The notes: generated from the sequence alone by a model not told the origin. A stretch of DNA of 63,572 nucleotides, filler included, from 9 parts of 9 records of this genome joined end to end with filler, not necessarily neighbours in it; one strand, 5' to 3'; shown: positions 9,052 to 19,760, counted from the whole stretch's first letter. Translations and numbers: made by a program.

Positions 9052-9459
9052 ATGCTGGTACACAAAACAAAGCGGCCCCGGTATGAGATCCAGGCCCCCC
9101 TGACCTCCCTCATCGACATCGTGTTCATGCTGCTCATCTACTTTCTGCTCACCACCAACTTCATGGTGGACGAAGGGATCAAGATCAAGCTGCCCCAGGC
9201 CAGGGCCGCGGCCCCCCAGGTGGACACCGAGATCACCGTGTATGTGGACAAGACGGGCCAGGCCTATATCAACGAAACCAAGATCGGGCAGAACCTGCTG
9301 TTCAAGCACCTCAAGGAGCTGATCGGCACGGACAGGGACAAGCTTGTGATCATCAAGGCCGACCGGGGGGTGGTGCTGAACAAGGCGGTCAAGGTGATGG
9401 ACCTTGCCAAGGCGGCGGGCGCGGGCCGCCTGTGCCTGGCCACGGAAAAGGGATTTTGA
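9052..9459 (+). CDS. exbD: Biopolymer transporter ExbD
   Basis: LTSLIDIVFMLLIYFLLTT TM motif; IKADRGV...VMDLAKAAG. Confidence 0.92.
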   Translation: MLVHKTKRPRYEIQAPLTSLIDIVFMLLIYFLLTTNFMVDEGIKIKLPQARAAAPQVDTEITVYVDKTGQAYINETKIGQNLLFKHLKELIGTDRDKLVIIKADRGVVLNKAVKVMDLAKAAGAGRLCLATEKGF

Positions 9460-9463
9460 CGCC

Positions 9464-10147
9464 ATGATCGATGCAATCCCCAAGACACCCCGGTTCACGG
9501 TTTTCCACGGCGTGCTCCTGCTCTCCATGGCGATTCACCTGGGCATTCTCCTCCATGTGTCGGGGCTGGTCAGTTTTGGCGCCCTGACCTATATCGAACT
9601 GGGCCTCAAGGAGAATCCACGGCCGGCCGGCCGGGAGATCCCCCGGCCCCGGATCCGGCACACCCCGCCCAGTGTGGCCACGGCCCAAGAGACCCGGGTG
9701 CAGAAAATGGTGCACCCCCCGATCAAGATCGATCCGGTGGACGCCAGCCGTCCCGACACCCTCATGGAGGGGATCGGGGTGCCGGACCTCCCGGGCGTGC
9801 CCTCCCCCACCCGATTTTCCACCGCGGACTGGGGCCTGTCCAAACCGTCCGAGTTCTTTACCAAGAAAGACTACTTCGACATGCTGCGGCTGAAGATCGA
9901 AACCTGCAAGCGCTATCCGGACGCGGCCCGGGCCCGGCACATGGAGGGCAAGGTGAAGCTCTCCTTTGTGATCACGGCCCAGGGCCAGGTCCAGTCCGCA
10001 GCCATTCTCAAGCGATCCCGGCACAGGAGCCTTGACCGGGCCGCCCTGCGGGCCCTGGAGGACGCCGCCCCCTTTGCACCGCCCCCGTCCAGCCTGTTCA
10101 AGCCGCCCCTTGCCATGGAGATCACCATCGTGTTCGAACTGACTTAG
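9464..10147 (+). CDS. tonB: Energy transducer TonB
   Basis: N-terminal TM with SxxxH, Pro-rich linker, TonB_C (YPDAARARHMEGKVKLSFVI...LDRAAL). Confidence 0.88.
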   Translation: MIDAIPKTPRFTVFHGVLLLSMAIHLGILLHVSGLVSFGALTYIELGLKENPRPAGREIPRPRIRHTPPSVATAQETRVQKMVHPPIKIDPVDASRPDTLMEGIGVPDLPGVPSPTRFSTADWGLSKPSEFFTKKDYFDMLRLKIETCKRYPDAARARHMEGKVKLSFVITAQGQVQSAAILKRSRHRSLDRAALRALEDAAPFAPPPSSLFKPPLAMEITIVFELT

Positions 10148-10310
10148 AAAGGAGGGACAGCCGACAACGACTTGTTTGACCCCTTATCCCGGCTTGCCAG
10201 GATGAGGGGCCTGCCCTTTAACAGCAGGTACGGCCAGGTGCTGATCGACGGACAACGGTGCATGGGACACCGCATTGTCAGGGACACGCCCGGAGAACCA
10301 TCTGTACCAT

Positions 10311-10907
10311 TTAATCGCGTCCAATCAGACAGACGTCATCGACGATCAATTCCAAATCAGTGTCCCCGGGTTTTCCGGCATGAATGAATATATCGTCAAT
10401 GGGGTCCTGGGCGTTGATTTTCGGATTTCCGCCGGCTTTTTTTCGAAAATCATTCATGATGTCAAGGCAGATGCCGGTTCGCACCTCTTCCGCCCGTTCA
10501 AAGGACATCGCTCCCTGGTCCCACTTCTCGTAGGGCACGGTCAGGGGGTTGAACCTGGCAATCAGGGCAACGATCTCAGTTTCCTCATCTTTCTGCTGAA
10601 TACAGATAACCAGATGATCGAGGCGTTTCTCTGCCCTGGCTTTCCCATAAACGTTCCGGATCGCATCCATCTCTTTTTCCAGGGCCCTGACATCCGTTTC
10701 AACGATTTCCGTCCCGCCTTCAAGCACACTGTTTGGGATCCCCTGAAGAACCTTGCCTGTAAGTAATAAATCGAAGACTTTCATATCTTTTGTCATGATG
10801 TTTTCACCCATTAATGGGTCTTCATTTCCATACGCTGAAGAACAACGTCCAACAGCCAGAGCGACAATAAAAATCATTTTCAAAACGTCTTTGGAGGCAA
10901 GATTCAT
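10311..10907 (-). CDS. Hypothetical exported protein
   Basis: 198-aa ORF with signal-like N-terminus, overlapping the upstream stop (ATGA). The C-terminal LELIVDDVCL is reminiscent of beta-sandwich carbohydrate-binding modules (weak). Confidence 0.6.
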   Translation of the reverse strand: MNLASKDVLKMIFIVALAVGRCSSAYGNEDPLMGENIMTKDMKVFDLLLTGKVLQGIPNSVLEGGTEIVETDVRALEKEMDAIRNVYGKARAEKRLDHLVICIQQKDEETEIVALIARFNPLTVPYEKWDQGAMSFERAEEVRTGICLDIMNDFRKKAGGNPKINAQDPIDDIFIHAGKPGDTDLELIVDDVCLIGRD

Positions 10908-12386
10908 GGCGTTTCAGCCTTTCCTGAAGGGTGATGACGGGAACCAATGAGTTTCAGTAATGCCGGTGGAACCTGAAGGGTGAACACACACTCCTCGTCC
11001 CAGTTCACATGGACCGGGGTTTCATCCATCTTTCTGGGATCGATGCCGGTGTCTTCGGCAAGAAGACCGGCCACGCGCATCACCTTCCGTGTCTTGCCGG
11101 CAAGCCTTGGATAGGCGATCTTCCGCCGGGACAAAATCCGGTCGAGGATCGCCTCGTCCATGGTGGCCACCACCTTGGAGGCGGAGGCAAAGCGGGCGGG
11201 TTCCCCCGGTTCCGGCCGCTCCAGGGAGAGGACCGTATCCCCGCCCATGTAATCGGTGAGGTTGACGATGCTCCTTACACCGTGGACCACGTTGACCCCT
11301 TTTTCCCGCAGCGCGTCAAGGCCTGGGTAGAACAGGGGGTCGGGAAAGGTGGTATCCATGGACCGGGCAAGGGCCTGGTAAAGGGTGGAATAGTTACCGG
11401 AAGGGTGCCACACAGCCCAGCTGGAGACGCCCTGGGAGTCGACCCCATCCATCTGGGCAAGGATCTGGCCGGGCGAGTACCAGAACCCCTGGATCCAGGG
11501 GCGAATCCGCCTGGACGTTCTTTTTTTCATGGCTGCCATGCTCAGGGCCATGATCGCTTCCGGATGGTCCCCGGGTTCTTTCCAGCCCAGGAATCCGGCC
11601 GGGAAATGGGAGGGGTAGAACATGGGACAGATCACGTCAACAAAGGGAGCGATCTCCTCAAGGACCTGTCCCACCCCGAAATCGTCCCGCTTCCAGGCGG
11701 TAAGGCCAAAGAGATCAACGGAAATCAGCACCCCCAGGGGCTTGAGCGCGTCACGGGCCTGGCTGAGGAAATCCCCGATGCACCGTGCCCTTGACACCCC
11801 TTCCAGGACGAGGGGATAACGAATCCGTGCGAGCCTGCCGTCCGAGGGAAACCGCACATAGTCGAACTGAAGCTCATCAAACCCCATGGCGGCGAGCTCC
11901 CGGCACAGATCCAGGATATAGGCCCACACCCGTTTATCAAAGGGGTTGGTCCAGCCAAGACCGTTCTTGTCCTGCCACACCCCCCCATGGGTGGTGTCTT
12001 CAAGGCCCACGCCGGGATGGTTTCGTGCCAGCAGATCGTCACTGAAGACATCGATCTTGGCGATGGTCCAGATCCTGTTTTGCTTGAACAGGGCAAGGGC
12101 CCGTTCCACGGAACCGTTGCCGGCGACGGCGCCCACGGAAAGGGCAATGGGGTTGCGGGAGTGCCACACTACCCGGCCCCGGGGATCCTTGACATGGACC
12201 ACCGCGGCGTTCAGGTTGGCAAGCTTTGCGTAATGGATCACCTCGGTGAGCCGCCGGGAGGTGAGCCGGCTGGCCGGCAAATAGATGCCCCGGACTGTTT
12301 CGGGCAAGCCAGCCCCGGCAACGTCCGGAAGGAGCAGGAGCAGGAGCACCCCCATCACCAGGGATTTCAGCCCCGGATGGGCCATG
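10904..12386 (-). CDS. Putative glycoside hydrolase (DUF4015-like TIM barrel) with C-terminal extension; start uncertain (up to 12472)
   Basis: VRGIYL, VVHVKDPRG, WTNPFDKRVWAY, GFDELQFDYVRFP, GQVLE, PMFYPSHF, RPWIQGF motifs; signal peptide. Confidence 0.8.
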
Positions 12387-12774
12387 GCGTCGCCAAACCC
12401 GGTCAAGCTCCTTTGATGAAAAAAAGCAAGGGGTCCCGGGACGGCATCATAACGGTTCCTGGGTGGCTGCATGGGTCACCTGTCATGTAAAAATTCGCAC
12501 GGTCCCGGTTGCAGGGATCGGGACGCATATAGCGTCGGGAGAGGGTATAGATGATTAGTAAAAAATCGGGCCGCCCTTGTCAACAGGAAATGTCCCTGCC
12601 ATGCCGGGGCTTGAAACAGCAGGGGCCGGTACCGCTGGTGGTGGGGATGGCCACGAACCGGTTGAACCGGGGAAAACACCCTGCCGGAGGGGGCAGAAAA
12701 CCATGTCGTTTTTGAAGCTTCTATGGTATTTATGCCTGATTCGAGAATTATTTTGTGAAACAGAAAGGAAGATC

Positions 12775-13137
12775 ATGCCCGAAGATCGAACACACAAGGT
12801 CAGCTGCAGCAATTATGTTTATGAAGTTGAAGTGGCCTTTGAACTTCTTTCAGGCAAATGGATACCGCTCATCGTCTGGGTCCTTTCCACCCAGGGCACC
12901 AAACGATTTGGGGAACTGAAGAAAATCATGCCCGGGGTGACCCAGAAGATGCTCACCCAGCAGCTCCGGACCCTTGAAAAGCACGACATCGTAAACCGGA
13001 AGATCTACCCGGAAGTGCCGCCGGTGGTCGAATATTCATTAACCGATATCGGCCAAAAACTGCTTCCCATACTGAAAGAGTTGAATGCGTGGGCCGTGGA
13101 ATACCTGTCAGAGCGCCCCGGTTCATCCCCGGAATAA
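12775..13137 (+). CDS. HxlR-family winged-helix regulator
   Basis: ELLSGKWIPLIVW...RFGELKK..GVTQKMLTQQLRTLE...YPEVPPVVEYSLT; AAAGGA RBS before ATG 12775. Confidence 0.93.
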   Translation: MPEDRTHKVSCSNYVYEVEVAFELLSGKWIPLIVWVLSTQGTKRFGELKKIMPGVTQKMLTQQLRTLEKHDIVNRKIYPEVPPVVEYSLTDIGQKLLPILKELNAWAVEYLSERPGSSPE

Positions 13138-13140
13138 AAT

Positions 13141-13174
13141 TCGCCGCGATCCCTGGTGTCAGGGATCGCGGCGA
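13141..13174. terminator. 15-bp perfect hairpin between convergent genes
   Basis: TCGCCGCGATCCCTG-GTGT-CAGGGATCGCGGCGA. Confidence 0.65.
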
Positions 13175-13373
13175 GAGATGATCTCCTGCCGGGATCCGGC
13201 AGGAAAAGTCTGTCAAAATAAACGTTTCTAACCCGTCCGTTGGGAAAAACAAAAGAGTTGTCCGCCACAAGCCCTGCGCACTGGAGCGTCTCCCCGGGGC
13301 CGGGGACACCTTGGGACAGATCACGGTTTGAGGAGGGGACCCTTTTTTCCCATCAATATGAAGGGTTTAGCCA

Positions 13374-13865
13374 CTATATTCCCGCCTTATACTGCCGCCC
13401 ATAGGGAATGCCCAGTTTTTTCATCTTGTACCTGAGGGTATTGGGATGAACGTCCAATAGACTGGCCGCCCCTTTTTCCCCCTGAACGGTTCCGTCCGTC
13501 ATTTTAAGGACCGCCCGGATGTGATGTCTGACAACATCGTCCAGAACAAGGGGGCCCTTAGGTATATCCCCATGGGCCTGTATTTCAGCATTGGGAGGAT
13601 TCAGACCGGATGGATCAAATTCCATGGGCTTTGCGGGTGAACCGACCAGGCTCTGGATAAGAGTTCGCTCCACCAGGTTCTCCAGTTCCCGTACATTGCC
13701 GGGCCAGGTGTGGGACTGGAGTTTCTCCAAGGCCCCCGGCGCCATGGCCGGCAGGTCATGGAGATTCATCTCCTTTGCTTTTTTTTCCATAAAATACCGG
13801 GCCAGGGCAATGATATCCTGTCTTCTCTGCCTTAAAGGCGGAATGGTGATGGGAAAGACATTGAG
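13374..13865 (-). CDS. Sigma-54-dependent (NtrC/FhlA-like) activator, 5'-truncated
   Basis: LNVFPITIPPLRQRRQDI, WPGNVRELENLVER, C-terminal Fis-type HTH (GAASLLDVHPNTLRYKMKKLGI). Confidence 0.92.
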   Translation of the reverse strand, partial: LNVFPITIPPLRQRRQDIIALARYFMEKKAKEMNLHDLPAMAPGALEKLQSHTWPGNVRELENLVERTLIQSLVGSPAKPMEFDPSGLNPPNAEIQAHGDIPKGPLVLDDVVRHHIRAVLKMTDGTVQGEKGAASLLDVHPNTLRYKMKKLGIPYGRQYKAGI

Positions 13866-13866
13866 C

Positions 13867-13966
13867 NNNNNNNNNNNNNNNNNNNNNNNNNNNNNNNNNN
13901 NNNNNNNNNNTTAATTAATTAANNNNNNNNNNNNNNNNNNNNNNNNNNNNNNNNNNNNNNNNNNNN
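13867..13966. other. Artificial contig spacer
   Basis: N44-TTAATTAATTAA-N44. Confidence 0.99.
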
Positions 13967-13982
13967 CTTCTCTTCGGCACCA
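13967..13982 (+). tRNA. Probable 3' end of a tRNA (Leu-like acceptor), cut by contig start
   Basis: CTTCT-CTTCGGC-A-CCA parses as T-stem 3' strand, acceptor strand, discriminator A and CCA, immediately followed by a terminator. Only 16 nt are visible. Confidence 0.5.
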
Positions 13983-13991
13983 GTAAAGAAC

Positions 13992-14028
13992 AAGGGTTGT
14001 GACATACGTCGCAGCCCTTTTTCTTTTT
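13992..14028 (+). terminator. Rho-independent terminator
   Basis: AAGGGTTGTGAC-ATAC-GTCGCAGCCCTT followed by a T-rich run. Confidence 0.85.
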
Positions 14029-14252
14029 GTTTCACAACTGTTTCTCTCACATAATATCACCCTGAATAAAGACTCTCCCTTCCTCTCTTATGTTTCCTGC
14101 AAAGATTTTTGCGATAGGACCTACCGCATTTCCTATAGATGGGTTATGAAATCAAACAAAAGGCAAATTTATCAACGTCGATTATACGAATTTCGGAGTG
14201 AAAAAGTTACCCTAAACATCTCTACAGATTCAAAACACAACAAGAGCCACAA

Positions 14253-16409
14253 ATGAGAAAACACATTCCTCTGCATGTTAATATCCTCACGGTCTTTACG
14301 GTTCTGGTTACTACAATCGTCTTAATTGTAGTCGGTTACGGACATAAAAGTAATTCTGACTCTGCTGTTATTGCCGCACACCAACTCTTGCGCCGGGTAG
14401 AAATATCCACGGCTGAAAAAACACAGGCCCTTTTTGACACTGCATTCAGGACCGTGGACACTTTCATCAATTTTCAAGACATAGGACAAAAAGCGTCAAT
14501 TCATTCACACCCTTTGGAATCCGTTTTTTTCAAATTCCTGGAACAGAATGAGGATTTCACTTCCATTTTTATTGGATTTGATGATGGAGATTTCTTTCTC
14601 GTTTCCTCACTGCACGGACGTGATGAATTAAAAAAAAGTCTGGGTATCCCAGAAAGTGCCGTCTGGTATACACAAACAATTGCTCAACGTGCTGACAAGC
14701 AGCGGTATGAACTCAGAAAATATCTGGATACGGGGTTTGTGACAGTTGGCTCTGCTGCCGAACTCCATGTGCAATATGATCCCAGACGCCGTCCCTGGTT
14801 CAAATCAGCCAGCGAAACAGACATTGCTACCTTAAGTGATATTTATATTTTCTCCTTGTCAGAAGAACCGGGAATAACGGTTTCCCGTCGTTTTGATGCC
14901 ACAGTCAAAGGCGTTGTCGGCGTGGACCTTTCTCTTGCCAATGTATCTCATTTTTTAAAGTCACAACTCATTGCTCCCGGCAATGAACTCATGATTTTTG
15001 ATACTCTTGGGAATGTCTACGCTTACCCGGATTTAAACAAACTCATCACAAGTGTAGGCATTACGGAAAGTGAATCGACAAAGAACGCAAAAATTGCGGC
15101 CCTCGGTTCACCGGCTCTGTTAAATCTTGTGCAATTGTTTCAATCCCAAAAAACAAACACCATTCACGATCAATCACTTCTTGTGGGTAACACAACACAC
15201 CTCGTTGGCATTGAACCTCTTCCCAAAGAATATGGAAAAGAATTATTCATAGCCCTCACAATCCCGGAAACAACTTTTACCGGGCCGATAGCTGAAGTCG
15301 GCAAGCGAACATTCTTTGTTTCATTAGGAATGCTTCTCCTTTTTTTGCCAATAATATATTTCGTCTCCAAACATATCAGTCGTCCACTCAAAATACTGAC
15401 CCAAAAAGTAGATAATATTAAGGCTTTTAAACTGGATTCACCAATAAAAGTTCAATCAAATATTCTCGAAATACGGGAGTTGAGCAAGGCGACGGAAACC
15501 ATGCGTGAAGCCCTCAACGCTTTTGGGAGCTATATTCCCAAGCCCCTCGTTAAAGCGATGATCGTCAACGACATTGTTCCAACATTGGGCGGTGACCGTA
15601 GGGAAATGACTTTCCTGTTCAGTGACATAAAAGATTTCACCACAATCTCAGAGACACTCACACCCGAGCAGGTGACAAGCAGTATTACAAGCTATCTGGA
15701 AAAAATGAGTTGGACCATCATCCAAAACAAAGGGACCATAGACAAATATATAGGCGACTCAATTATGGCTTTCTGGAATGCCCCAGTGACCAATGCCGAA
15801 CACGCATTTCACGCGTGCCTCACTGCATTGCAATGCAGAGAAGTACTTACGGCTTTCAACCAGCACCGTCGGGACAATGATGAACCGGAGTTTCTGACCA
15901 GAATGGGAATACACACTGGGGAAGCTGTTGTTGGAAATATTGGTTCTTCTGATCGTATGGATTACACGGCCATGGGAGCATCTGTAAATCTGGCCTCACG
16001 ACTGGAAGGACTCAATAAATACATGGGAACAGACATCCTTGTCAGCCGACCGACCATGCTTGCTGCTGGCGAAGAATTCCTTTTCCGCTTTGCTGGCAAA
16101 GTTGTCCCAAAAGGAACGACTGACGGATTATGTGTCTACGAACTTCTTGGGACAAAAGACAATACGACCGGCGTGTTTGCCCCGTTCACTGTACCTGATA
16201 AAATCATGCAAAAAACAGAAAAATGGGAAGCCGCGATCCGCCTTTTCCTTTCGCGGGATTTTGAGGGGGCAGAAACTGCTTTCATTGGCCTTCTTGATAA
16301 ATATGGAGCAGACCCTCTCATTAAAAAATATCTGAAACTCACTCAGGAATTTTCGATGCAACCACCGGATGATTCCTGGAACGGTGAGCAAAGTTTCGAT
16401 GTGAAATAG
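14253..16409 (+). CDS. Membrane class III adenylate cyclase with periplasmic Cache-like sensor and HAMP
   Basis: Two TMs; YDPRRRPWF Cache motif; FSDIKDFTTISE, DKYIGDSIMAFW, DYTAMGASVNLASRLEG (both Asp, Lys/Thr ATP-specificity and Asn/Arg residues present). Confidence 0.92.
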   Translation: MRKHIPLHVNILTVFTVLVTTIVLIVVGYGHKSNSDSAVIAAHQLLRRVEISTAEKTQALFDTAFRTVDTFINFQDIGQKASIHSHPLESVFFKFLEQNEDFTSIFIGFDDGDFFLVSSLHGRDELKKSLGIPESAVWYTQTIAQRADKQRYELRKYLDTGFVTVGSAAELHVQYDPRRRPWFKSASETDIATLSDIYIFSLSEEPGITVSRRFDATVKGVVGVDLSLANVSHFLKSQLIAPGNELMIFDTLGNVYAYPDLNKLITSVGITESESTKNAKIAALGSPALLNLVQLFQSQKTNTIHDQSLLVGNTTHLVGIEPLPKEYGKELFIALTIPETTFTGPIAEVGKRTFFVSLGMLLLFLPIIYFVSKHISRPLKILTQKVDNIKAFKLDSPIKVQSNILEIRELSKATETMREALNAFGSYIPKPLVKAMIVNDIVPTLGGDRREMTFLFSDIKDFTTISETLTPEQVTSSITSYLEKMSWTIIQNKGTIDKYIGDSIMAFWNAPVTNAEHAFHACLTALQCREVLTAFNQHRRDNDEPEFLTRMGIHTGEAVVGNIGSSDRMDYTAMGASVNLASRLEGLNKYMGTDILVSRPTMLAAGEEFLFRFAGKVVPKGTTDGLCVYELLGTKDNTTGVFAPFTVPDKIMQKTEKWEAAIRLFLSRDFEGAETAFIGLLDKYGADPLIKKYLKLTQEFSMQPPDDSWNGEQSFDVK

Positions 16410-16418
16410 GGAGAGAAG

Positions 16419-17783
16419 ATGACTCGGTTAATAAAAATCATACGATGGTGCACGCTCTTTTCCTTCCTCATGATATTCATGCCCATTTTTGCAACAGCGG
16501 CCACTCCAATCACCTTCTGGACAACAGAAATGGGTGCAGACCGGCAAGCGGTTATCAAATATCTCACAGATGCCTTCATGATCTTCAATCCGGACATTGA
16601 AATACATGTTGAGGATATTGAGGAAAACGCCATGGTTGATGCATTGACCCAGGCCCAAAAAGAAGGGACCGGACCCAATATTATCAGTTGTGCTTCGAAT
16701 CTGGTTGTCTCCTTCAGCGAACTCGGATGGATAAACAACACTGGAACAGAAGCCTGTATTACCAATATAGGTAAAGACAGGTTCTACTCTGGAACACTCA
16801 GCAAATTGCAACACACAGACGGAACATATAGCGGCATTCCTTTGAGCGGATGGGTTCAAGGTATATGGTACAGAAAAGACTGGTTTAAAAAACACGGCCT
16901 GAACCCACCCAATACTTGGAACAACATTCTAAAAGCGGCCAAAACCTTCCATGCCCCGGAAAAAGAACAATACGGGATTCTCATCGGCACACAGGATGAT
17001 GTATATACCGAGCAAATATTTACCCATCTAGCCCTCTCTGCTGGAGTGAAAGAATTCACCCCCGAAGGAAAGGTCGTGTTTGATACTCCGGCAACTGTTG
17101 AAACGCTCAAATTCTATGCAGAATTAACCCGATACACACCTCCTGGTCCCCAATCTTGGCGTGGAAGAGATTTCTATCTTCAAGGGCAATTGGCGATGAT
17201 GTTCTATTCAACATTCATCATGGATGACATGGCCATTCCTTCCATTGCCGCAAATTCTTTGACTGGAGACAATTTTGAAGAACTCTGTGGTGCCCCTTAC
17301 GACTACAATCTCTTGAGAAATACCGGATTTGTCTCAAGTATTACGGGAACACATAAAGCAAGCTATGGTACTATCACTGCACTTGGCCTGATGAAAACCG
17401 AAAATACTGCACAACAACAAGCGGCTGAACGCCTTGTTGAATTTCTTTTTTCAAACGACGCCTATATTACATGGCTGCATATGGTTCCCGGTGGCACGAT
17501 GCCTGTCCTCAAAGATATCGCAATCCACGACACTTTTTTCAGAGACCACCAAGGAGTCTTCCAAAAGTACTCCCGGCAACGAGTCCAAAGCATCTTGTCT
17601 GGATTTGATTCATTAAAAAGCTTCAGCTTTGTGGATGGTCATATAGTACCTCAGGCAGCCCAGGCCTCAGCCATGGGGTTGTTGTCCAACATGATTACAC
17701 GGACTCTTCAAGGAAAAGTATCCCCGGAAGAAGCTGTTTCTCAAACAGCCACAAAAATGCGAATGATCAACTCGAAAATTTAA
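16419..17783 (+). CDS. Extracellular solute-binding protein (carbohydrate ABC type)
   Basis: Signal peptide; ITFWTTE, GIWYRKDWF..GL.PP.TW, G.LAMMFYSTF, C-terminal SPEEAV. Confidence 0.88.
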   Translation: MTRLIKIIRWCTLFSFLMIFMPIFATAATPITFWTTEMGADRQAVIKYLTDAFMIFNPDIEIHVEDIEENAMVDALTQAQKEGTGPNIISCASNLVVSFSELGWINNTGTEACITNIGKDRFYSGTLSKLQHTDGTYSGIPLSGWVQGIWYRKDWFKKHGLNPPNTWNNILKAAKTFHAPEKEQYGILIGTQDDVYTEQIFTHLALSAGVKEFTPEGKVVFDTPATVETLKFYAELTRYTPPGPQSWRGRDFYLQGQLAMMFYSTFIMDDMAIPSIAANSLTGDNFEELCGAPYDYNLLRNTGFVSSITGTHKASYGTITALGLMKTENTAQQQAAERLVEFLFSNDAYITWLHMVPGGTMPVLKDIAIHDTFFRDHQGVFQKYSRQRVQSILSGFDSLKSFSFVDGHIVPQAAQASAMGLLSNMITRTLQGKVSPEEAVSQTATKMRMINSKI

Positions 17784-17816
17784 TACAAAAATCTCAAACG
17801 CCTTCCTTAAAAAAAA

Positions 17817-17847
17817 CAGCAGAGATTCACGCATGAATCTCTAGCTG
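17817..17847. terminator. Hairpin after the binding-protein gene
   Basis: CAGC-AGAGATTCA-CGCA-TGAATCTCT-A-GCTG, preceded by an A run (U tail on the minus strand). Confidence 0.5.
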
Positions 17848-18091
17848 GAAACATACTCTTCACGCTTCTCTTAGGGCTGCAGAGTAAAACCGCCTTCTCC
17901 CTCACTCTACATTTTCCCCCTTGCCTATACGGCATTCCTTTCTAGCACTCATTATCACTATAAACCCTTTATATTTTTTCATAAAGATAGAAACAAGGTG
18001 TTGCGCAGACTCATTTTTACTTTTATTGAAGTTTTCGCTCATCGTAGAGCAGCTTCGAGGAGAGGCCCGTTGAATTTATGGAGGAGAAAGG

Positions 18092-19660
18092 ATGCGACTA
18101 TACAAAGATTTAAGCCTACGAAACAAAATTATGATTCCCGTTGGGTTTCTTGTGATGCTTGTCATGGGGGTTACCCTCACCATTCTGATCGAAGAATTTA
18201 AATCTGTTGCCACCGAAGATGCTTATACCATAGGCGAAGAAATGGCTGGTAGATTCGGACAGCAGGTCAAAGGGGAACTGGACAAGGCTTTATCCATAAG
18301 TTGGACTCTGGCCCAATCACTGGAAGCCATGGTAGCCTCCCCATCAACACCCAGTCGCGAAGAAGCAAACCACTTTCTCGTAGAGCTTGCCGAGTCGCAT
18401 GAGGATCTCACTTCGACATGGCTCGCATTCGAACCTGATAAATTTGATGGAAACGATGCCGCTGCCATCGGTACTGAAGGCTCTGATCAAAACGGACAAT
18501 ATCTGGCGTGGTATCAAACCGGCAACAAGATGTCCTATGGTACAAATCTTGACAGAGCATGGTATCAAACCTCGCTTCGATCCGGGAAGCCATTCCTTAC
18601 GGACCCGACTGAATATCTTTTTGACGGGGAAAAAATCATCCTGATTTCAGCAACAGCCCCTATTAAAGTAAAAAGCGAGATAATCGGTGTTGCGGGTGTG
18701 GACCTCAACATGACCCAGCTCAAAAAAGTCGTTGAGCACATCACTCCCTATGAAACAGGCTACGGATTTCTCATCAGCAACTCTGGTATGATCGTAGCTG
18801 ATCCATCCCCGCAGAATGTCGGCAAACAAGTTGGCGAAACCTTCGGTTCAGAGATGGAGCACCTCATCTCAAACTGCTTGAAATCCAAACGCACTGTACA
18901 TACGACCTTCACCAAGGATGACACAGAATTTGAATTGATAATTTCTCCCTTTACGATTGGTGAAACAGGACTAAGCTGGGCACTTGGCGTGGCAATCCCC
19001 ACAGCCAAGATCATGGACGCTGCAAACGACGTTACATGGCTCTCCGCCATCATGAGCATCGGTTCCATTATAGTACTCCTCGCCATCATCTTTTTCCTGG
19101 CACGGTCCATCGTGAATCCTATCCGTCAAGGCGTCACTTTCACCAAACAAATTTCTTCCGGTGATCTGAATGCCAGCTTGGACATCGATCAAAAAGACGA
19201 AATCGGCGAACTTGCTGCCGACCTGACCGGTATGGGACAACAGCTTCGTTCAGTTGTCAGCGATGTCCGTCAATCTGTTGAACAGGTGGCCAGCGGCAGT
19301 GAAGAACTCTCCGCCACAGCGCAAACTCTTTCCGGAGGAGCAACAGAACAGGCTGCCAATGTCGAAGAGGTTTCTGCCAGCATGGAAGAAATGGCATCTA
19401 ACATCAGCCAGAATGCAGATAACGCCGGTGAAACAGAAAAAATCGCTCGTCGTTCCGCACAAGATGCAGAAGAAGGCGGCGAAGCAGTCACTCAAACCGT
19501 GCAGGCCATGCGAGAGATCGCTGACAAAATCACTATTATTGAAGACATTGCCCGCCAAACAAATCTTCTCGCTCTCAACGCAGCCATCGAAGCCGCCCGA
19601 GCCGGTGAACACGGTAAAGGATTTGCCGTGGTCGCAGCAGAAGTTCGCAAACTGGCCGAA
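18092..19660 (+). CDS. Methyl-accepting chemotaxis protein (dCache-HAMP-MA), 3'-truncated
   Basis: Two TMs, HAMP (DEIGELA), signalling hairpin [38 protein letters not shown]. Confidence 0.95.
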
Positions 19661-19760
19661 NNNNNNNNNNNNNNNNNNNNNNNNNNNNNNNNNNNNNNNN
19701 NNNNTTAATTAATTAANNNNNNNNNNNNNNNNNNNNNNNNNNNNNNNNNNNNNNNNNNNN
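19661..19760. other. Artificial contig spacer
   Basis: N44-TTAATTAATTAA-N44. Confidence 0.99.

Noticed and set aside
12577..12774. N-terminal extensions in the ORF track (HxlR 12577, mdh 45151, DUF2142-like 21389, TPR 53512)
   Set aside because: Downstream starts have proper RBSs and match family N-termini; the extensions are longest-ORF artefacts.
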